This document shows positions 47,977 to 58,410 of a stretch of 64,000 nt of DNA, piece after piece (position 1 is the stretch's first letter; each line of letters begins with the position of its first letter). The position numbers were made by a program, and so were the translations under genes. The notes under the pieces were generated by a model that was given only the letters and a program-made list of their open reading frames with translations, did no database searches and had not been told where the DNA came from. The stretch covers positions 6,414 through 70,413 of the forward strand of contig CAZADH010000003.1 of assembly GCA_964483805.1 (NCBI GenBank), in the 5' to 3' direction. Origin of the DNA: an uncultured bacterium (lineage in GTDB: Bacteria > Muiribacteriota > Ozemobacteria > Ozemobacterales > Ozemobacteraceae).

Positions 47977-49426
47977 CATGACCGACAAGTCACCGACCCC
48001 GCTACCCCAGAAAACCCTCAACCGCAATGTGCCGCTGTTGCGCCGACGCTTTCGTCGCCTCGCCCGCGTGCGCGGCGCCCGTCTGACCCGCGATATCGGT
48101 GACTTCATCGACCTGCGCGGCTTTGCGATGCCGGTCCTGCTCACCGACCTTCATCGTCTTCCCGTCGAAGTGCAGCGGGTGGTGGCCGGGGTTCTCGAGG
48201 ATTACTTCTTTTTTCATCCTGACCGCGGCATTCGCCACTTTCCGCGTTTGCTTGCGTGCGCCACGCAACTCGACGCCTCGGTGCGCCGACACCTGATTCC
48301 GGCCATCGCCGACGTAGCGGCCCGGGGTGGGACCCGCCTGGCCGGCACCGAACGCCTCGGCGACGCAGCGCGCGTCCTGCTCGAAGCCGCCGACACCGAT
48401 CTGTTGCGCCAGGCCAAGGCCATCGAAGTCCTGGCCGGCACCGACGATCCGAGCCATCTTCCTGCAGTGTTGGCCGCTCTGGCGCGCGCCACCGATGCCA
48501 TCGATTCCTACGAGGGGTTTTCGCTCGCCGAAACCGCTTTGTTTGCCGTCAAGAGGCTTGGTGGCGAGGCCACCTTGTGCTTGCTCATCAATGCCGAGTC
48601 GTCCGCGGCCCGCCAACTGCTGCGGCTGCACTTCGGGGAACAGCGCACGGCCACCATCGTTGCGCCGGTGCTGGCTGCGTTGAGCCGGTTCGACGAGAAT
48701 CGCGCACAATTGTTGTTGAAATTCATCGAACTGGCTGAGTATCCGACGCCCTTCTTCGCGATGGTGCAAGAAGGCTTGAACCATTCCAGCAAATGGATCC
48801 GCCAGACGGCCTCGGCCACGGCGGCACGCCTGGGTAAATCCATCGAACTGACCCGATTGTTCGAGTTGCTCGAAGATCCGGCTCCCGAGGTCCGACTCAT
48901 GGCCGCATCGTCCCTCGGCCATATCGATCGTCCCGAGGTCGTGACCCGCCTGACCGCGATGGCGCAAGCGCCCCACGAAACCCGCGAAATCCGCCTGAAT
49001 GCGTTGTATTCACTGCACCAGTTGCGCAAAGAAGAAGCGCTGGCGGAACTGGCAGCGTCGCCCATTCCCGAGGTGGCACGCCCGGCACTCGGGTTGGCCT
49101 CCCTGCTGAAAGAGCGCAAACAGGGGTTGACCGAGTTGCTGGCCGCACTGCCGGATGCCGATGACCGGGCCGTGGCCGACCTGATCCACTACGTGGCCGA
49201 GATGGCGCGGGCCGACGATCTGCCCAGGCTGTTGGCGGCCAGCGATGGTCTCGCTCCCAGCGGTCGTCTTGTTTTCACCGAGTTCCTCGGCCGGTTTCTC
49301 CACACCCACGCCGGCCCTCTCCTCGACAAAACGTTGGCGGGCCTGCCATCAACACAACGGTCGGCACTCGAACCTCTCCTGCCCAGGCGAGGGCCATTGA
49401 CACCCGTGCCCGGACACGAAGTCTAG
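47977..49426 (+). CDS. HEAT/PBS-lyase-like repeat protein
   Basis: Repeated ...EVRLMAASSLGHI... / ...IRLNALYSL... HEAT-like units; start ATG 47977 (MTDKSPTPL) chosen over the long arginine-rich N-extension. Confidence 0.6.
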
Positions 49427-49490
49427 GCAAACCATTTGAGATGTATTTTGTAAATACAACACACGCGCACCCGCCCGAGACCAACTCCTG

Positions 49491-52400
49491 ATGTCAACCG
49501 TTGTCGTCAGCGAGTTGATTTTGCTGCATGCGGTCGCACTCCTGGCCCTGGGCGCTTGGTTTCATGCCATCCGCCATCGCATCGGCAACGTCGTCGCGTG
49601 GCAGATCGACGGTCTTGGTTTCGGCTTTCTCGTTACCGCGCGCGCGCTCGATCTGCTCTCACCGCTGTCTGACCACCTGATCCTCGATGTTGCCCGGGTG
49701 GGCAGCCTGTGGTGCGCTTTTGCGATCTTCGCCGACCAGTTGTGGCGCGTTCTGGGCTCGATGATCGACGTGCCCGCCACCCACCGGCCGAGGTTCCACC
49801 TGGTTGTTGGTGGAGTCGCCTTGTCGGCATTGATCGTCGCCGGATTCAGCGGGTTCGAACTCGTCCTGCGCACGCTTCTCGTTCCCGCAGTGGCGATTCT
49901 GGCCGCGCGGGTGATCCACTTGCGCGCCGCCATACATTGCCAGGACATGAATGCTTTGCGCGTTTTCATGACGCTGCTGGGTCCCGGCGCCTTCCTTGCC
50001 CACGCCTTCGGCACACCACAGCCCATGGTGTTTGCGCCGGCCTGGCTGGCATCAATCTGGACGCCAACCATGGCCGAGATTGCGCTGCTCATTCAGTTGG
50101 GTACCGCTTTGCTCATGCTGCCGACCGTGGGGTTCTACACCCAACGCCTCGCGGCTGCCGTTGCACCATCGCCCTTCGGCGCCAATCGCTGGCGAGCCCT
50201 CGCCCTTTCGGCAATCTTGTTGTCAGTCGTGCTGCTGGCCGGTCTCGCCGTCGATCAACGCGTGGCCGGTTACGCCAGAGAAGAACTGGTCAAACAAGGG
50301 GCTGTCGTTATCGAGAACGTCGTGCGCGATCTCGACACCCAGATACAGGCGGCGGAACAGGCGGCGCGCCTGTTGGCCGGAACAGCCCGTGTCATCACGT
50401 TGTTTTCCGACCCGTCACCCGCCGCTCTCGACGCCGTCCACCAAGCACTCGACCACTTCAATGGCGTTCTGCATACGTCCGTGTGCTATCTGATGACGGC
50501 CACGGGAACCGTGATCGCCACCTCGAATCGGTTCGAACGCAACAGCTTCATGGGCCAGAACTACGCATTTCGCCCCTATTTCAAAGAAGCGCTGCACGGC
50601 AACACCGGAATCTACCTGGCCCGCGGCGTAACCTCCCAGGAAGTCGGCCTGTACGCGGCCCGACCCGTCGTAACCTCATCAAATACGGTAGGAATCATCA
50701 CGGTCAAGGCTCCGCTCGGACGCATCGGCCTTCCGGACGACTTCGGTGATCGCGTTGCGTTGGTCTCTCCGGATGGGGTCATCCTCACCACCAACCATGC
50801 CCCCTGGAGTTTTTGCTCGGTATGGCCATTGACGGCAGAGCATTACGACCGCGTTCGCCATTCACGGCAGTTCGGCGATTTGTCATCGAGAGCAGTCCTG
50901 TTGCCGGTGATGCCGGCCGACCGGGCGACCGTCGATATCGAGAACCGATCCTGGTTCGTCCAGCGACGCGCCACCCGCATCGCCGGTTGGCAGATCATGA
51001 TGTGGCAGCGTGCGCGGATCGTGGCGGATTACCAGGTGTTCATACTTCTGCTCACTTTGTTGCTGGCTGCGATGGTGGTCATCAATCTCGTGGGCCTGAG
51101 CCGGTCGATCGACATCACCGATCGAATCGCACGTTCGGAGCAGCGTTTCAAGACGATGATGCGTGGCGCCCCGGACGCCATGCTCATTTTCGATGCGGCA
51201 TCCCACAAGATCACCGACGTGAACGCTGCCTGCGAGCGCCTGCTCGGGCACCCCCACACCCAATTGCTGCAGATGAGCTACCTCGAACTCTCCGCCGCCA
51301 CGAGAACCGAGGTCGAAGAGAATACGCGGGCCACCCTCGCCGCCGGCGAGCTGTTTGTGCCGCTGCATCGGTTCAAGCGCGCCGACGGTTCAACCGTCAG
51401 TGCCGAACTGAAAGCCACGGTGCTGTCGCTCGAGAATCACGATAGCCTGCTGGTGTTTGCCCGCGACATCAGCGAGCGTGAGAAACGCGAAACCATGCTG
51501 CATCGCCTGTCGTTGGCCGTCGAACAGAGCGCAAGCATGGTCCTGGTCACCGATACTCGCGGCAATATTGCGTATTGCAACCCCGCCTTCAGTCGGATCA
51601 CGGGCTACTCGATCAGCGAGCTGATGGGACGCAACACCTCGTTGCTCAAATCGGGCATGACTGCGCCCGGGGTGTATCTCGACCTGTGGATGCATCTGGC
51701 CGCGGGCCAGGAATGGCGTGGCGAGTTCATCAACCGCCGGAAGAACGGCGAGTTTTTCTGGGTCACCGCCGCGATCTCGCCGGTGCGCGACACCGCAGGG
51801 GTCGTCGAGAACTTCATGGCGATCATGACCGACATCACCGAGCGACGGCGCACCGAGCAGGCGCTCAAGGAAGCCCGCGACTTCCTCGAAACGGTTCTCG
51901 ACACGGCACTGGCGCTGATCGTCGGCCTCGACCGCAACGGCCGGATCATGTTCGGCAATCGCTGCTTCGCCGAGTTGGTGGGTCGCGAACGCGAGGATGT
52001 CATCGGCTCACACTTTATTCAGACCTTCATCGCCGGCGAGGCAGCGCCTCGCATCGAAAAACAGATGACCACGGCTCTGGCGGGGCAAGCCGGCGCCATC
52101 CGCTTTGAGTGTCCGCTCATCGACGCCAAGAATCAACGACGGTTGGTCGAGTGGAACACCGGAGTGATTCGCGACGACCGCGGCCAGGTGCAGATGGTTC
52201 TCGCCACCGGAATCGACATCACCGAACGCAAGAATGCCGAGGGCGCACTGCAGCAGGCCAAAGAGGTCAGTGACCGTTCGAACCTGCAATTGCTCGAACT
52301 CAACCGCCGCCTCGAGGAGGCCACGCGCCAGGCCACCGAACTCGCGGCCTCAGCGGAGCGGGCCAATTCGGCCAAGAGTGACTTCCTGGCGACGATGAGT

Positions 52401-54545
52401 CATGAAATCCGCACGCCGATGAACTCGATCATCGGTCTGACCGAACTGATGTTCGATCTCTCACCCAACGCCGAGCAGCGGGAGTATCTGACCATGATCC
52501 GCTCGTCGGCGAGCACTCTGCTGACACTGATCAACGATATTCTCGACTTCGCCAAGATCGAGGCGCGCAAAATCACGCTCGAGAACATCGCCTTCGACAT
52601 GCGTGATGTCATCGAGGAGACCGTCCTGTCGTTGGCCATCCGCGCACATGACAAGGGTCTCGAACTGCTGTGCCAGATTGCTCCCGACATACCGACGCAG
52701 GTCATTGGCGACCCCCTGCGTTTCCGCCAGATCATTTTCAATCTGGTCGGCAACGCCATCAAATTCACGGAACGCGGCGAGGTCACCATCGAACTGATGC
52801 GCGACCAGACCCCCGGAACTCCCGGCGGCATGCATCTCGTGGTACGCGATACCGGCATCGGCATCCCCGAAGAACGAATTCAGCGCATATTTACGCCGTA
52901 TTCACAGGCCGACGCCTCGACCTCCCGCCAGTTCGGCGGCACCGGCCTGGGGTTGACCATTTCGCTGCGCTTGCTCGAACTGATGGGAGGCCGCATCTGG
53001 GTCGACAGTCGCGTGGGCGAGGGAAGCACGTTCCACGTGGTCGTGCCGCTCGTCCCGATCTGCGACAAACCGACCGCCATCAGTGCCACCGAATCCCTCA
53101 ACGGCATCACCGCCCTGGTCATCGACGATCACCGCACCACCCGCATGTGGTTGAACGACACCCTCCGGCACTGGGGCATGCAGGCAATGCAAACCGACTC
53201 GCTCGCAGGCGCGGTGCAGGCCATCAAGAGTGCAGTTACTCCGTTCCGCATCGTGATTCTCGACCAAGACCTGCCCCTGCCGACCGGCGAAACCGGGTCG
53301 TCGAGCCAGCTCATCCACGAGGCATTTTCGCCTCGAGATGCCGGACACATCATCACCCTGGGCACCCTTGGTCGCGTCGGTGGCGACCGCTCGCCCCGTG
53401 CCATCCGCCACACCCATCTGCTCAAACCCGTACGCCAGCGCGAGCTGCTACGCGCACTGCTGTCGGCGATCTCGGGTCGTGAGGTACCACTGCCGGTTTC
53501 CGAACACCCGACACCACCTGTGTCCAGTGCGATTACCCCGGCAACGGCCGGCCCGGCCCCGCACCACGGAAGCGGCCCTGTGGCCGCTGCGCCCTCGGTC
53601 TGGCCGACGGGCCGACAACCCGCGCCACCGCTGTCAGATCTCCGGTTGCTCGTGGTCGAAGACAACCCAGTCAACCAACGCCTGGCGAGCCGCATGCTGG
53701 CCCGCATGGGTCACCAGGTCGACATCGTCGACGATGGAGAGAAAGCACTGACGGCCATCCGCGCCGGAAACTACGACATCGTCCTGATGGACGTGCAGAT
53801 GCCGATCATGGATGGGCTCACGGCAACCCAGACCCTGCGCACCGAAGAACGCCAGACCGGTCGACACCAGCTCGTTGTCGCCATGACCGCCCACGCCATG
53901 AAGGGTGATCGCGAACGGTGCCTCGAAGCCGGCATGGACAGTTATCTGTCGAAACCGGTGAAAGCAGAGGAACTCAACGCCATCATCCAGGATCTCCTGC
54001 ATCGTCAAGCTGAGCGCGAACCTCCACCCGCCGACGCCGCCACCACTTTGGTCCAACCACCGGTAGCCAACGAAAGGGGCACACCACCGACGCCGCCTGC
54101 TGAACCGACCGCCGAGGCGGCGCCCGCAACCACCCCACCAGCAGCGGCCCCCCCGGTCGAGTCGGCGCCATCCCCCGAGATCGGTGCGACTGCCCAGCCC
54201 ATATTCGATGAGAAACACCTGCTCTCGCGCATCGACAACGACCGCGATCTGTTGGCAGAACTCATCGACATCTTCGTCGGCAGCACCCCCGAACTGCTCG
54301 ATCGCATCGAGCAGGCAGCGAACGCTGGCGACGCCGTCAAGGTCGAACACACCGCGCACACCGTGAAGGGCGCCGTCGGCAACTTCGCTGCCGAACCGGC
54401 CCGCCAGGTTGCCTTCACCATCGAGAAACTCGGCAGGGCCAAGGATCTGAGCACCGTTCTCGAGCACCTGAGCAACCTGCGCCAGTTGATCGACCAGACC
54501 GTTCGTGAGTTGCGGGCTCTGGTCGAGCGGATGCCGAAGGGATGA
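49491..54545 (+). CDS. Hybrid sensor histidine kinase / response regulator (membrane N-domain, periplasmic sensor, multiple PAS, HisKA, HATPase, two receiver domains, Hpt)
   Basis: 1684 aa; H-box (SHEIRTPMNSIIG), N/G boxes, receiver Asp motifs (LVVEDNPVN...DIVLMDVQMP), C-terminal Hpt (HTVKGAVGNF). Confidence 0.85.
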   Translation: MSTVVVSELILLHAVALLALGAWFHAIRHRIGNVVAWQIDGLGFGFLVTARALDLLSPLSDHLILDVARVGSLWCAFAIFADQLWRVLGSMIDVPATHRPRFHLVVGGVALSALIVAGFSGFELVLRTLLVPAVAILAARVIHLRAAIHCQDMNALRVFMTLLGPGAFLAHAFGTPQPMVFAPAWLASIWTPTMAEIALLIQLGTALLMLPTVGFYTQRLAAAVAPSPFGANRWRALALSAILLSVVLLAGLAVDQRVAGYAREELVKQGAVVIENVVRDLDTQIQAAEQAARLLAGTARVITLFSDPSPAALDAVHQALDHFNGVLHTSVCYLMTATGTVIATSNRFERNSFMGQNYAFRPYFKEALHGNTGIYLARGVTSQEVGLYAARPVVTSSNTVGIITVKAPLGRIGLPDDFGDRVALVSPDGVILTTNHAPWSFCSVWPLTAEHYDRVRHSRQFGDLSSRAVLLPVMPADRATVDIENRSWFVQRRATRIAGWQIMMWQRARIVADYQVFILLLTLLLAAMVVINLVGLSRSIDITDRIARSEQRFKTMMRGAPDAMLIFDAASHKITDVNAACERLLGHPHTQLLQMSYLELSAATRTEVEENTRATLAAGELFVPLHRFKRADGSTVSAELKATVLSLENHDSLLVFARDISEREKRETMLHRLSLAVEQSASMVLVTDTRGNIAYCNPAFSRITGYSISELMGRNTSLLKSGMTAPGVYLDLWMHLAAGQEWRGEFINRRKNGEFFWVTAAISPVRDTAGVVENFMAIMTDITERRRTEQALKEARDFLETVLDTALALIVGLDRNGRIMFGNRCFAELVGREREDVIGSHFIQTFIAGEAAPRIEKQMTTALAGQAGAIRFECPLIDAKNQRRLVEWNTGVIRDDRGQVQMVLATGIDITERKNAEGALQQAKEVSDRSNLQLLELNRRLEEATRQATELAASAERANSAKSDFLATMSHEIRTPMNSIIGLTELMFDLSPNAEQREYLTMIRSSASTLLTLINDILDFAKIEARKITLENIAFDMRDVIEETVLSLAIRAHDKGLELLCQIAPDIPTQVIGDPLRFRQIIFNLVGNAIKFTERGEVTIELMRDQTPGTPGGMHLVVRDTGIGIPEERIQRIFTPYSQADASTSRQFGGTGLGLTISLRLLELMGGRIWVDSRVGEGSTFHVVVPLVPICDKPTAISATESLNGITALVIDDHRTTRMWLNDTLRHWGMQAMQTDSLAGAVQAIKSAVTPFRIVILDQDLPLPTGETGSSSQLIHEAFSPRDAGHIITLGTLGRVGGDRSPRAIRHTHLLKPVRQRELLRALLSAISGREVPLPVSEHPTPPVSSAITPATAGPAPHHGSGPVAAAPSVWPTGRQPAPPLSDLRLLVVEDNPVNQRLASRMLARMGHQVDIVDDGEKALTAIRAGNYDIVLMDVQMPIMDGLTATQTLRTEERQTGRHQLVVAMTAHAMKGDRERCLEAGMDSYLSKPVKAEELNAIIQDLLHRQAEREPPPADAATTLVQPPVANERGTPPTPPAEPTAEAAPATTPPAAAPPVESAPSPEIGATAQPIFDEKHLLSRIDNDRDLLAELIDIFVGSTPELLDRIEQAANAGDAVKVEHTAHTVKGAVGNFAAEPARQVAFTIEKLGRAKDLSTVLEHLSNLRQLIDQTVRELRALVERMPKG

Positions 54546-55468
54546 GGGCAACGCGTCGCCCCAACGACCTGCGCATCGGCTTTCACGTCTCCATCAGCCC
54601 ATCACCACTGCGGGTTTTCGAGCGCATCAACGAACGCGGCATCGACACAGTGCAGATCTTCACCAAGAGTCCCCGCACCTGGGCAGCTCCCACCCTCGAT
54701 TTGCCGCTGCTTGCCGAGTTCCGCCGCCGGTGGCAGGAAGCCGGCCACCATCCGCTCGTTGCCCACGCGAGCTATCTGCTCAACCTGAGCGCCGAAAACG
54801 CAACGGTGCGCCAGCAATCGATCGCGGCTCTTCGTCAGGAAATCGGCCGGGCCCATGCCTTCGGCGCAGAATACATTGTATTACACGTCGGCCATCATTC
54901 GTGCCCGGCAAAGAGAGTTTCGCGAATGGTCGACGGCCTCAATGAGATGTGGCGGGGGTTGCGCCCCACACTCACCGCCGACCCTGGTCTCGATCCCGAG
55001 CATCCACCGATGCTGTTGCTCGAGAACACGGCGCGCCGGCAGGAGACTGCCGACGACGATCTGCGAGAACTGGCGGCGGTTCGCGCAGGTCTCGATTTCC
55101 CCAGTGGCGTCTGTCTCGACACCTGTCATGCCTTCCAATCGGGTCACGACCTGAGCACGGCAACCGGCCGCCGTTCCTGGGTAACGGCCATCACGCGCCA
55201 CCTGGGCACCGGGGTCGTTCGCGTCATCCACCTCAACGACAGCCTGCGGCCATGTGGCACCGGTGTCGATCGGCATGCGGGCATCGGCGCGGGAGAGATC
55301 GGCGCGTCGGCACTGGGTACACTGCTTCTCGACCCGCTTATGCGCGGCATGCCGATCATCATGGAAACTCCCGGTGCCGGTGAAAAAGATCCCTCGACCG
55401 ATCTGAAAAACCTCGCTGCATTGACTCGCGCACTCACAGCCGCCCGCCGGGCCAAAGCTGTAAAATGA
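54542..55468 (+). CDS. nfo: Deoxyribonuclease IV / endonuclease IV (AP endonuclease family 2)
   Basis: HASYLLNL ... LHVGHH ... DTCHAFQSGHD ... IHLNDS motifs of Nfo; ATGA overlap with the kinase stop. Confidence 0.8.
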   Translation: MRATRRPNDLRIGFHVSISPSPLRVFERINERGIDTVQIFTKSPRTWAAPTLDLPLLAEFRRRWQEAGHHPLVAHASYLLNLSAENATVRQQSIAALRQEIGRAHAFGAEYIVLHVGHHSCPAKRVSRMVDGLNEMWRGLRPTLTADPGLDPEHPPMLLLENTARRQETADDDLRELAAVRAGLDFPSGVCLDTCHAFQSGHDLSTATGRRSWVTAITRHLGTGVVRVIHLNDSLRPCGTGVDRHAGIGAGEIGASALGTLLLDPLMRGMPIIMETPGAGEKDPSTDLKNLAALTRALTAARRAKAVK

Positions 55469-55668
55469 AAACACGTCGCATGCAGACAGAGCATTTTACA
55501 CCCGGCAAATTTTTCGAACACGGTACAGCAAAGGTCGACGCCTGGCTGCATCGCTCCTCCCGCCTGTCGTGCCCGATCCCCTGGTCACTCGCGCGTTCTG
55601 CTCTGCATTATCGGGGTCCGACACCGATGGGAACGCTTCTTGCTATACTGTTCAGCGGAGTCCCTGAG

Positions 55669-56217
55669 ATGCGCCAGAGGTGGAGACCCCGCGTGCAACG
55701 TCACGGCACAACATTGCTCGAGATCATGTTCGCGCTCGTCATTCTGGCGACCGCGATGATTCCGATCGCCTCGGTGATGGGCTACGGCGCCAAGACCACG
55801 GTCAAAGATTTCCGCACCATCGAGGCGATTCAGCTCCTGCAGAAAACTGCCAACATGTTGCTGCAAGAGCCCTACCGAAACCTGCCGTTGAATCAGGCGA
55901 CGTACGCATCGGCGTATGCATTGAATCCGAGCATTCCGCTGGGCACTGCGATCAAGGGCCGCGAGACGACCTACGCCATTGAGTTTACCTGCGTCGAGGT
56001 GTCGCCGGTACGGTTCTCCGCATACCTGATCAACGTGAGCGGCGCCACATTCAACGAGGCGAGTCCGCAGCCGGCCGACTTCACCGGGCCCGTTTCCCAG
56101 AGCTTCGATCACTGCGTTAAGCGTCTTCAGGTGAGGGTTACGTGGGTCGAACCCAATGGCACACCACGCCAGATCGACGCCATCACTTTCCGGGCCGATC
56201 TGAATCGGCGAGGCTGA
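55669..56217 (+). CDS. Prepilin-type N-terminal cleavage/methylation domain protein (type II secretion/T4P pseudopilin-like)
   Basis: Short basic leader then G|TTLLEIMFALVILATAMIP class III signal sequence. Confidence 0.7.
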   Translation: MRQRWRPRVQRHGTTLLEIMFALVILATAMIPIASVMGYGAKTTVKDFRTIEAIQLLQKTANMLLQEPYRNLPLNQATYASAYALNPSIPLGTAIKGRETTYAIEFTCVEVSPVRFSAYLINVSGATFNEASPQPADFTGPVSQSFDHCVKRLQVRVTWVEPNGTPRQIDAITFRADLNRRG

Positions 56218-56741
56218 TGATGACCGAACGATCGAGACAAGCCAGGCAGACTCGCCGCGGCATGGCCATCGTTGTCGTTTTGACCTTGTCGATGGCGCTG
56301 TTGATCATGAGTTCCGCCTACATCTCGACCCTCCACAACCAGGCACCCGTCAACCCCGACCTCCTCAGCAGCATACAGGCAGAGCTCATGGCCCAAGGCG
56401 CAACCCAGATCGCCATGCTCAAGTTCAAAGAGATGCCCAGTTGTTTGTATTACGCCGCCATTGCCTCGAAGAGCGGCAACGTCACCCCCTACAATCTGTT
56501 TCGAGGATCAGGTGCGGTCAGCGGCGACAACAAAGACGGCGACTGGTTGATGAACGCATCCTTCACCTGGCCGATCCATGCCACCTGCAACACAAACTTT
56601 CAGATGCTGTCTTCGCAGATGTACAAAGAGATGAACATCCGGATCATCACGGTGGTGAACTACACGGCCCTCGACGGCCGCACACTATCGAAGTCGTTCG
56701 AGCAAACCATCAATGGTGTGCGCCAGAAGGTGGGTCCTTGA
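56217..56741 (+). CDS. Pseudopilin-like membrane protein (GspK-like minor pseudopilin candidate)
   Basis: Basic N-terminus then hydrophobic helix (RRGMAIVVVLTLSMALLIMSSAYI); translationally coupled (ATGA) to flanking pseudopilin genes. Confidence 0.5.
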   Translation: MMTERSRQARQTRRGMAIVVVLTLSMALLIMSSAYISTLHNQAPVNPDLLSSIQAELMAQGATQIAMLKFKEMPSCLYYAAIASKSGNVTPYNLFRGSGAVSGDNKDGDWLMNASFTWPIHATCNTNFQMLSSQMYKEMNIRIITVVNYTALDGRTLSKSFEQTINGVRQKVGP

Positions 56742-57529
56742 TGAACGCTCACGCCTCCTGGGCTCGTCGAAGCGCCTTCACCCTCACCGAGGTGCTCATT
56801 TCGTCATTGGTGCTCTCCCTGTTCCTCGGTGGCGCATTCTTGCTCTTCCGCACCGGCGCAAACTCTTTTTCCGGAGGCAGTTGGCGAGCCATCGAGCAGA
56901 AGAAGATCCAGTTGTTCCTCGAGGAACTCGTGCGCGACCTCGAACAGGCATCGGGGCGCATTATCAAGATCCAAGCCAACGGCAGCAATGTCGGATGGAA
57001 CGGTGTGCCCGGGGGCACGCCAACGCCGATCTACATCAACAACCTCGTGTATTCGGCCAACACGGCAGCCAAGAAGTATTCCCTGGATCAATCCAACTGG
57101 GTGTGCCTGATGGTCTTCAACGTGACGCGTCCGTGGAAAGAGAACAACGCGACCTTCGGCACCCCCCTCGAGCGGGGAAAATGGACGGGCGTCTCGCTGT
57201 GGGCGCGCAATCGCGAGATTCGCTACATTCGCAGCGGCAGTCGCGCCACTTGGGACGCGACGCCGCAGGCATTTCCGGCCGGCATCACCACCCCGGCGCC
57301 GGCGAACGTCGTCGCCGGTGGGGATTTCGAACCTGGAACGGAGAACATCCATGACCGCATCGTCGACGCCACATTCGACGACCTGTCGATTCTCGGCTCC
57401 GGAACACCCGTCGTCTCGCTCGAGATCCGCACCACGACAACACGTCGCGTTCACGGTACTGCCAATACGAGTTTCGAGGAGGCGGCCGTCGCCAAGCTCG
57501 CTTCCGGCACCTCGGTGACGACGTTCTGA
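56741..57529 (+). CDS. Prepilin-type N-terminal cleavage/methylation domain protein (pseudopilin)
   Basis: AFTLTEVLISSLVLSLFLGGAF N-terminal pilin-like helix. Confidence 0.65.
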   Translation: MNAHASWARRSAFTLTEVLISSLVLSLFLGGAFLLFRTGANSFSGGSWRAIEQKKIQLFLEELVRDLEQASGRIIKIQANGSNVGWNGVPGGTPTPIYINNLVYSANTAAKKYSLDQSNWVCLMVFNVTRPWKENNATFGTPLERGKWTGVSLWARNREIRYIRSGSRATWDATPQAFPAGITTPAPANVVAGGDFEPGTENIHDRIVDATFDDLSILGSGTPVVSLEIRTTTTRRVHGTANTSFEEAAVAKLASGTSVTTF

Positions 57530-58410
57530 TGAACCCCACGATTCCGGAGGACCAACAAATGCGCATCTGCCTGGAACCGCCCGCCCAGAAGGCACCCAGC
57601 GCCCCGGTGCCGCCGCGACAACTGCTCCGATGCGGGGTTGTCGCGTGTTTATTGCTATTGTATTGCTCATTCGACTGGGTTACCGCCCAGCCCCGTAGCA
57701 CCGGGAGCGACAGCAGTTACGGTGTCGTCGATGTTCGTGTCCTGCTGGCCTGCCATCCACTGATGGCCAAGTTCGACGCCCACTCGCGACGATTTCGCGA
57801 GACGGCTTCGAGCGCCCTGGGAGATCCCGATGAGACCCGGCAGCATCTCGAAAAGAAGCGCAACGCGCTGCAGAGCGAACTCGCCCAACTCGACGACCAA
57901 CTCAAACGCATTCTCGCGTCCGGTGGCGATCGCGCCCAGAGCGAGTACCACGCCTTCTGGCAGAAACGTTCACAGTTGAAAGAGGAGTACGATCTGCTCG
58001 AAAGTGCGCGCGAAGCGGCATCGCTCCAAGGCAATTACGTCAACGGTCTGCCGCCCCCCGACACGCTGATGCCCATTTTCATGCGCATCAGCCACAGCAT
58101 TCGCTCGGTATTGCGCAATTTGCAGACCCGGTACCGCTTGGTCGCCATTCTCGACGCCTCGGCTCTGCAACCGGAAACACCGCCACCCGGCACGCTTGCA
58201 CTGCCGGCCCTGCCAAGCAATCTCCACTGGAATCTGTGGCGGGGGGAACCCCTCGGCGACGGCGACATTGACGCGTGGATGAGCGGTTGTCGTGCCCATT
58301 TCGCCCAACTCGCCCCGGTCCGTTTCGCCCGGCCGGACAAGGCCGGCGCACGGGATCTCACTCTCGAAGCGCTGCGCGAATTGCGGGCGACGCCGGCAAA
58401 ACCACGATGA
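57529..58410 (+). CDS. Hypothetical secreted protein (paralog A; coiled-coil, possibly Skp/OmpH-like)
   Basis: Signal sequence; shares the LACHPLMAKFD motif and helical architecture with the next gene. Confidence 0.5.
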   Translation: MNPTIPEDQQMRICLEPPAQKAPSAPVPPRQLLRCGVVACLLLLYCSFDWVTAQPRSTGSDSSYGVVDVRVLLACHPLMAKFDAHSRRFRETASSALGDPDETRQHLEKKRNALQSELAQLDDQLKRILASGGDRAQSEYHAFWQKRSQLKEEYDLLESAREAASLQGNYVNGLPPPDTLMPIFMRISHSIRSVLRNLQTRYRLVAILDASALQPETPPPGTLALPALPSNLHWNLWRGEPLGDGDIDAWMSGCRAHFAQLAPVRFARPDKAGARDLTLEALRELRATPAKPR

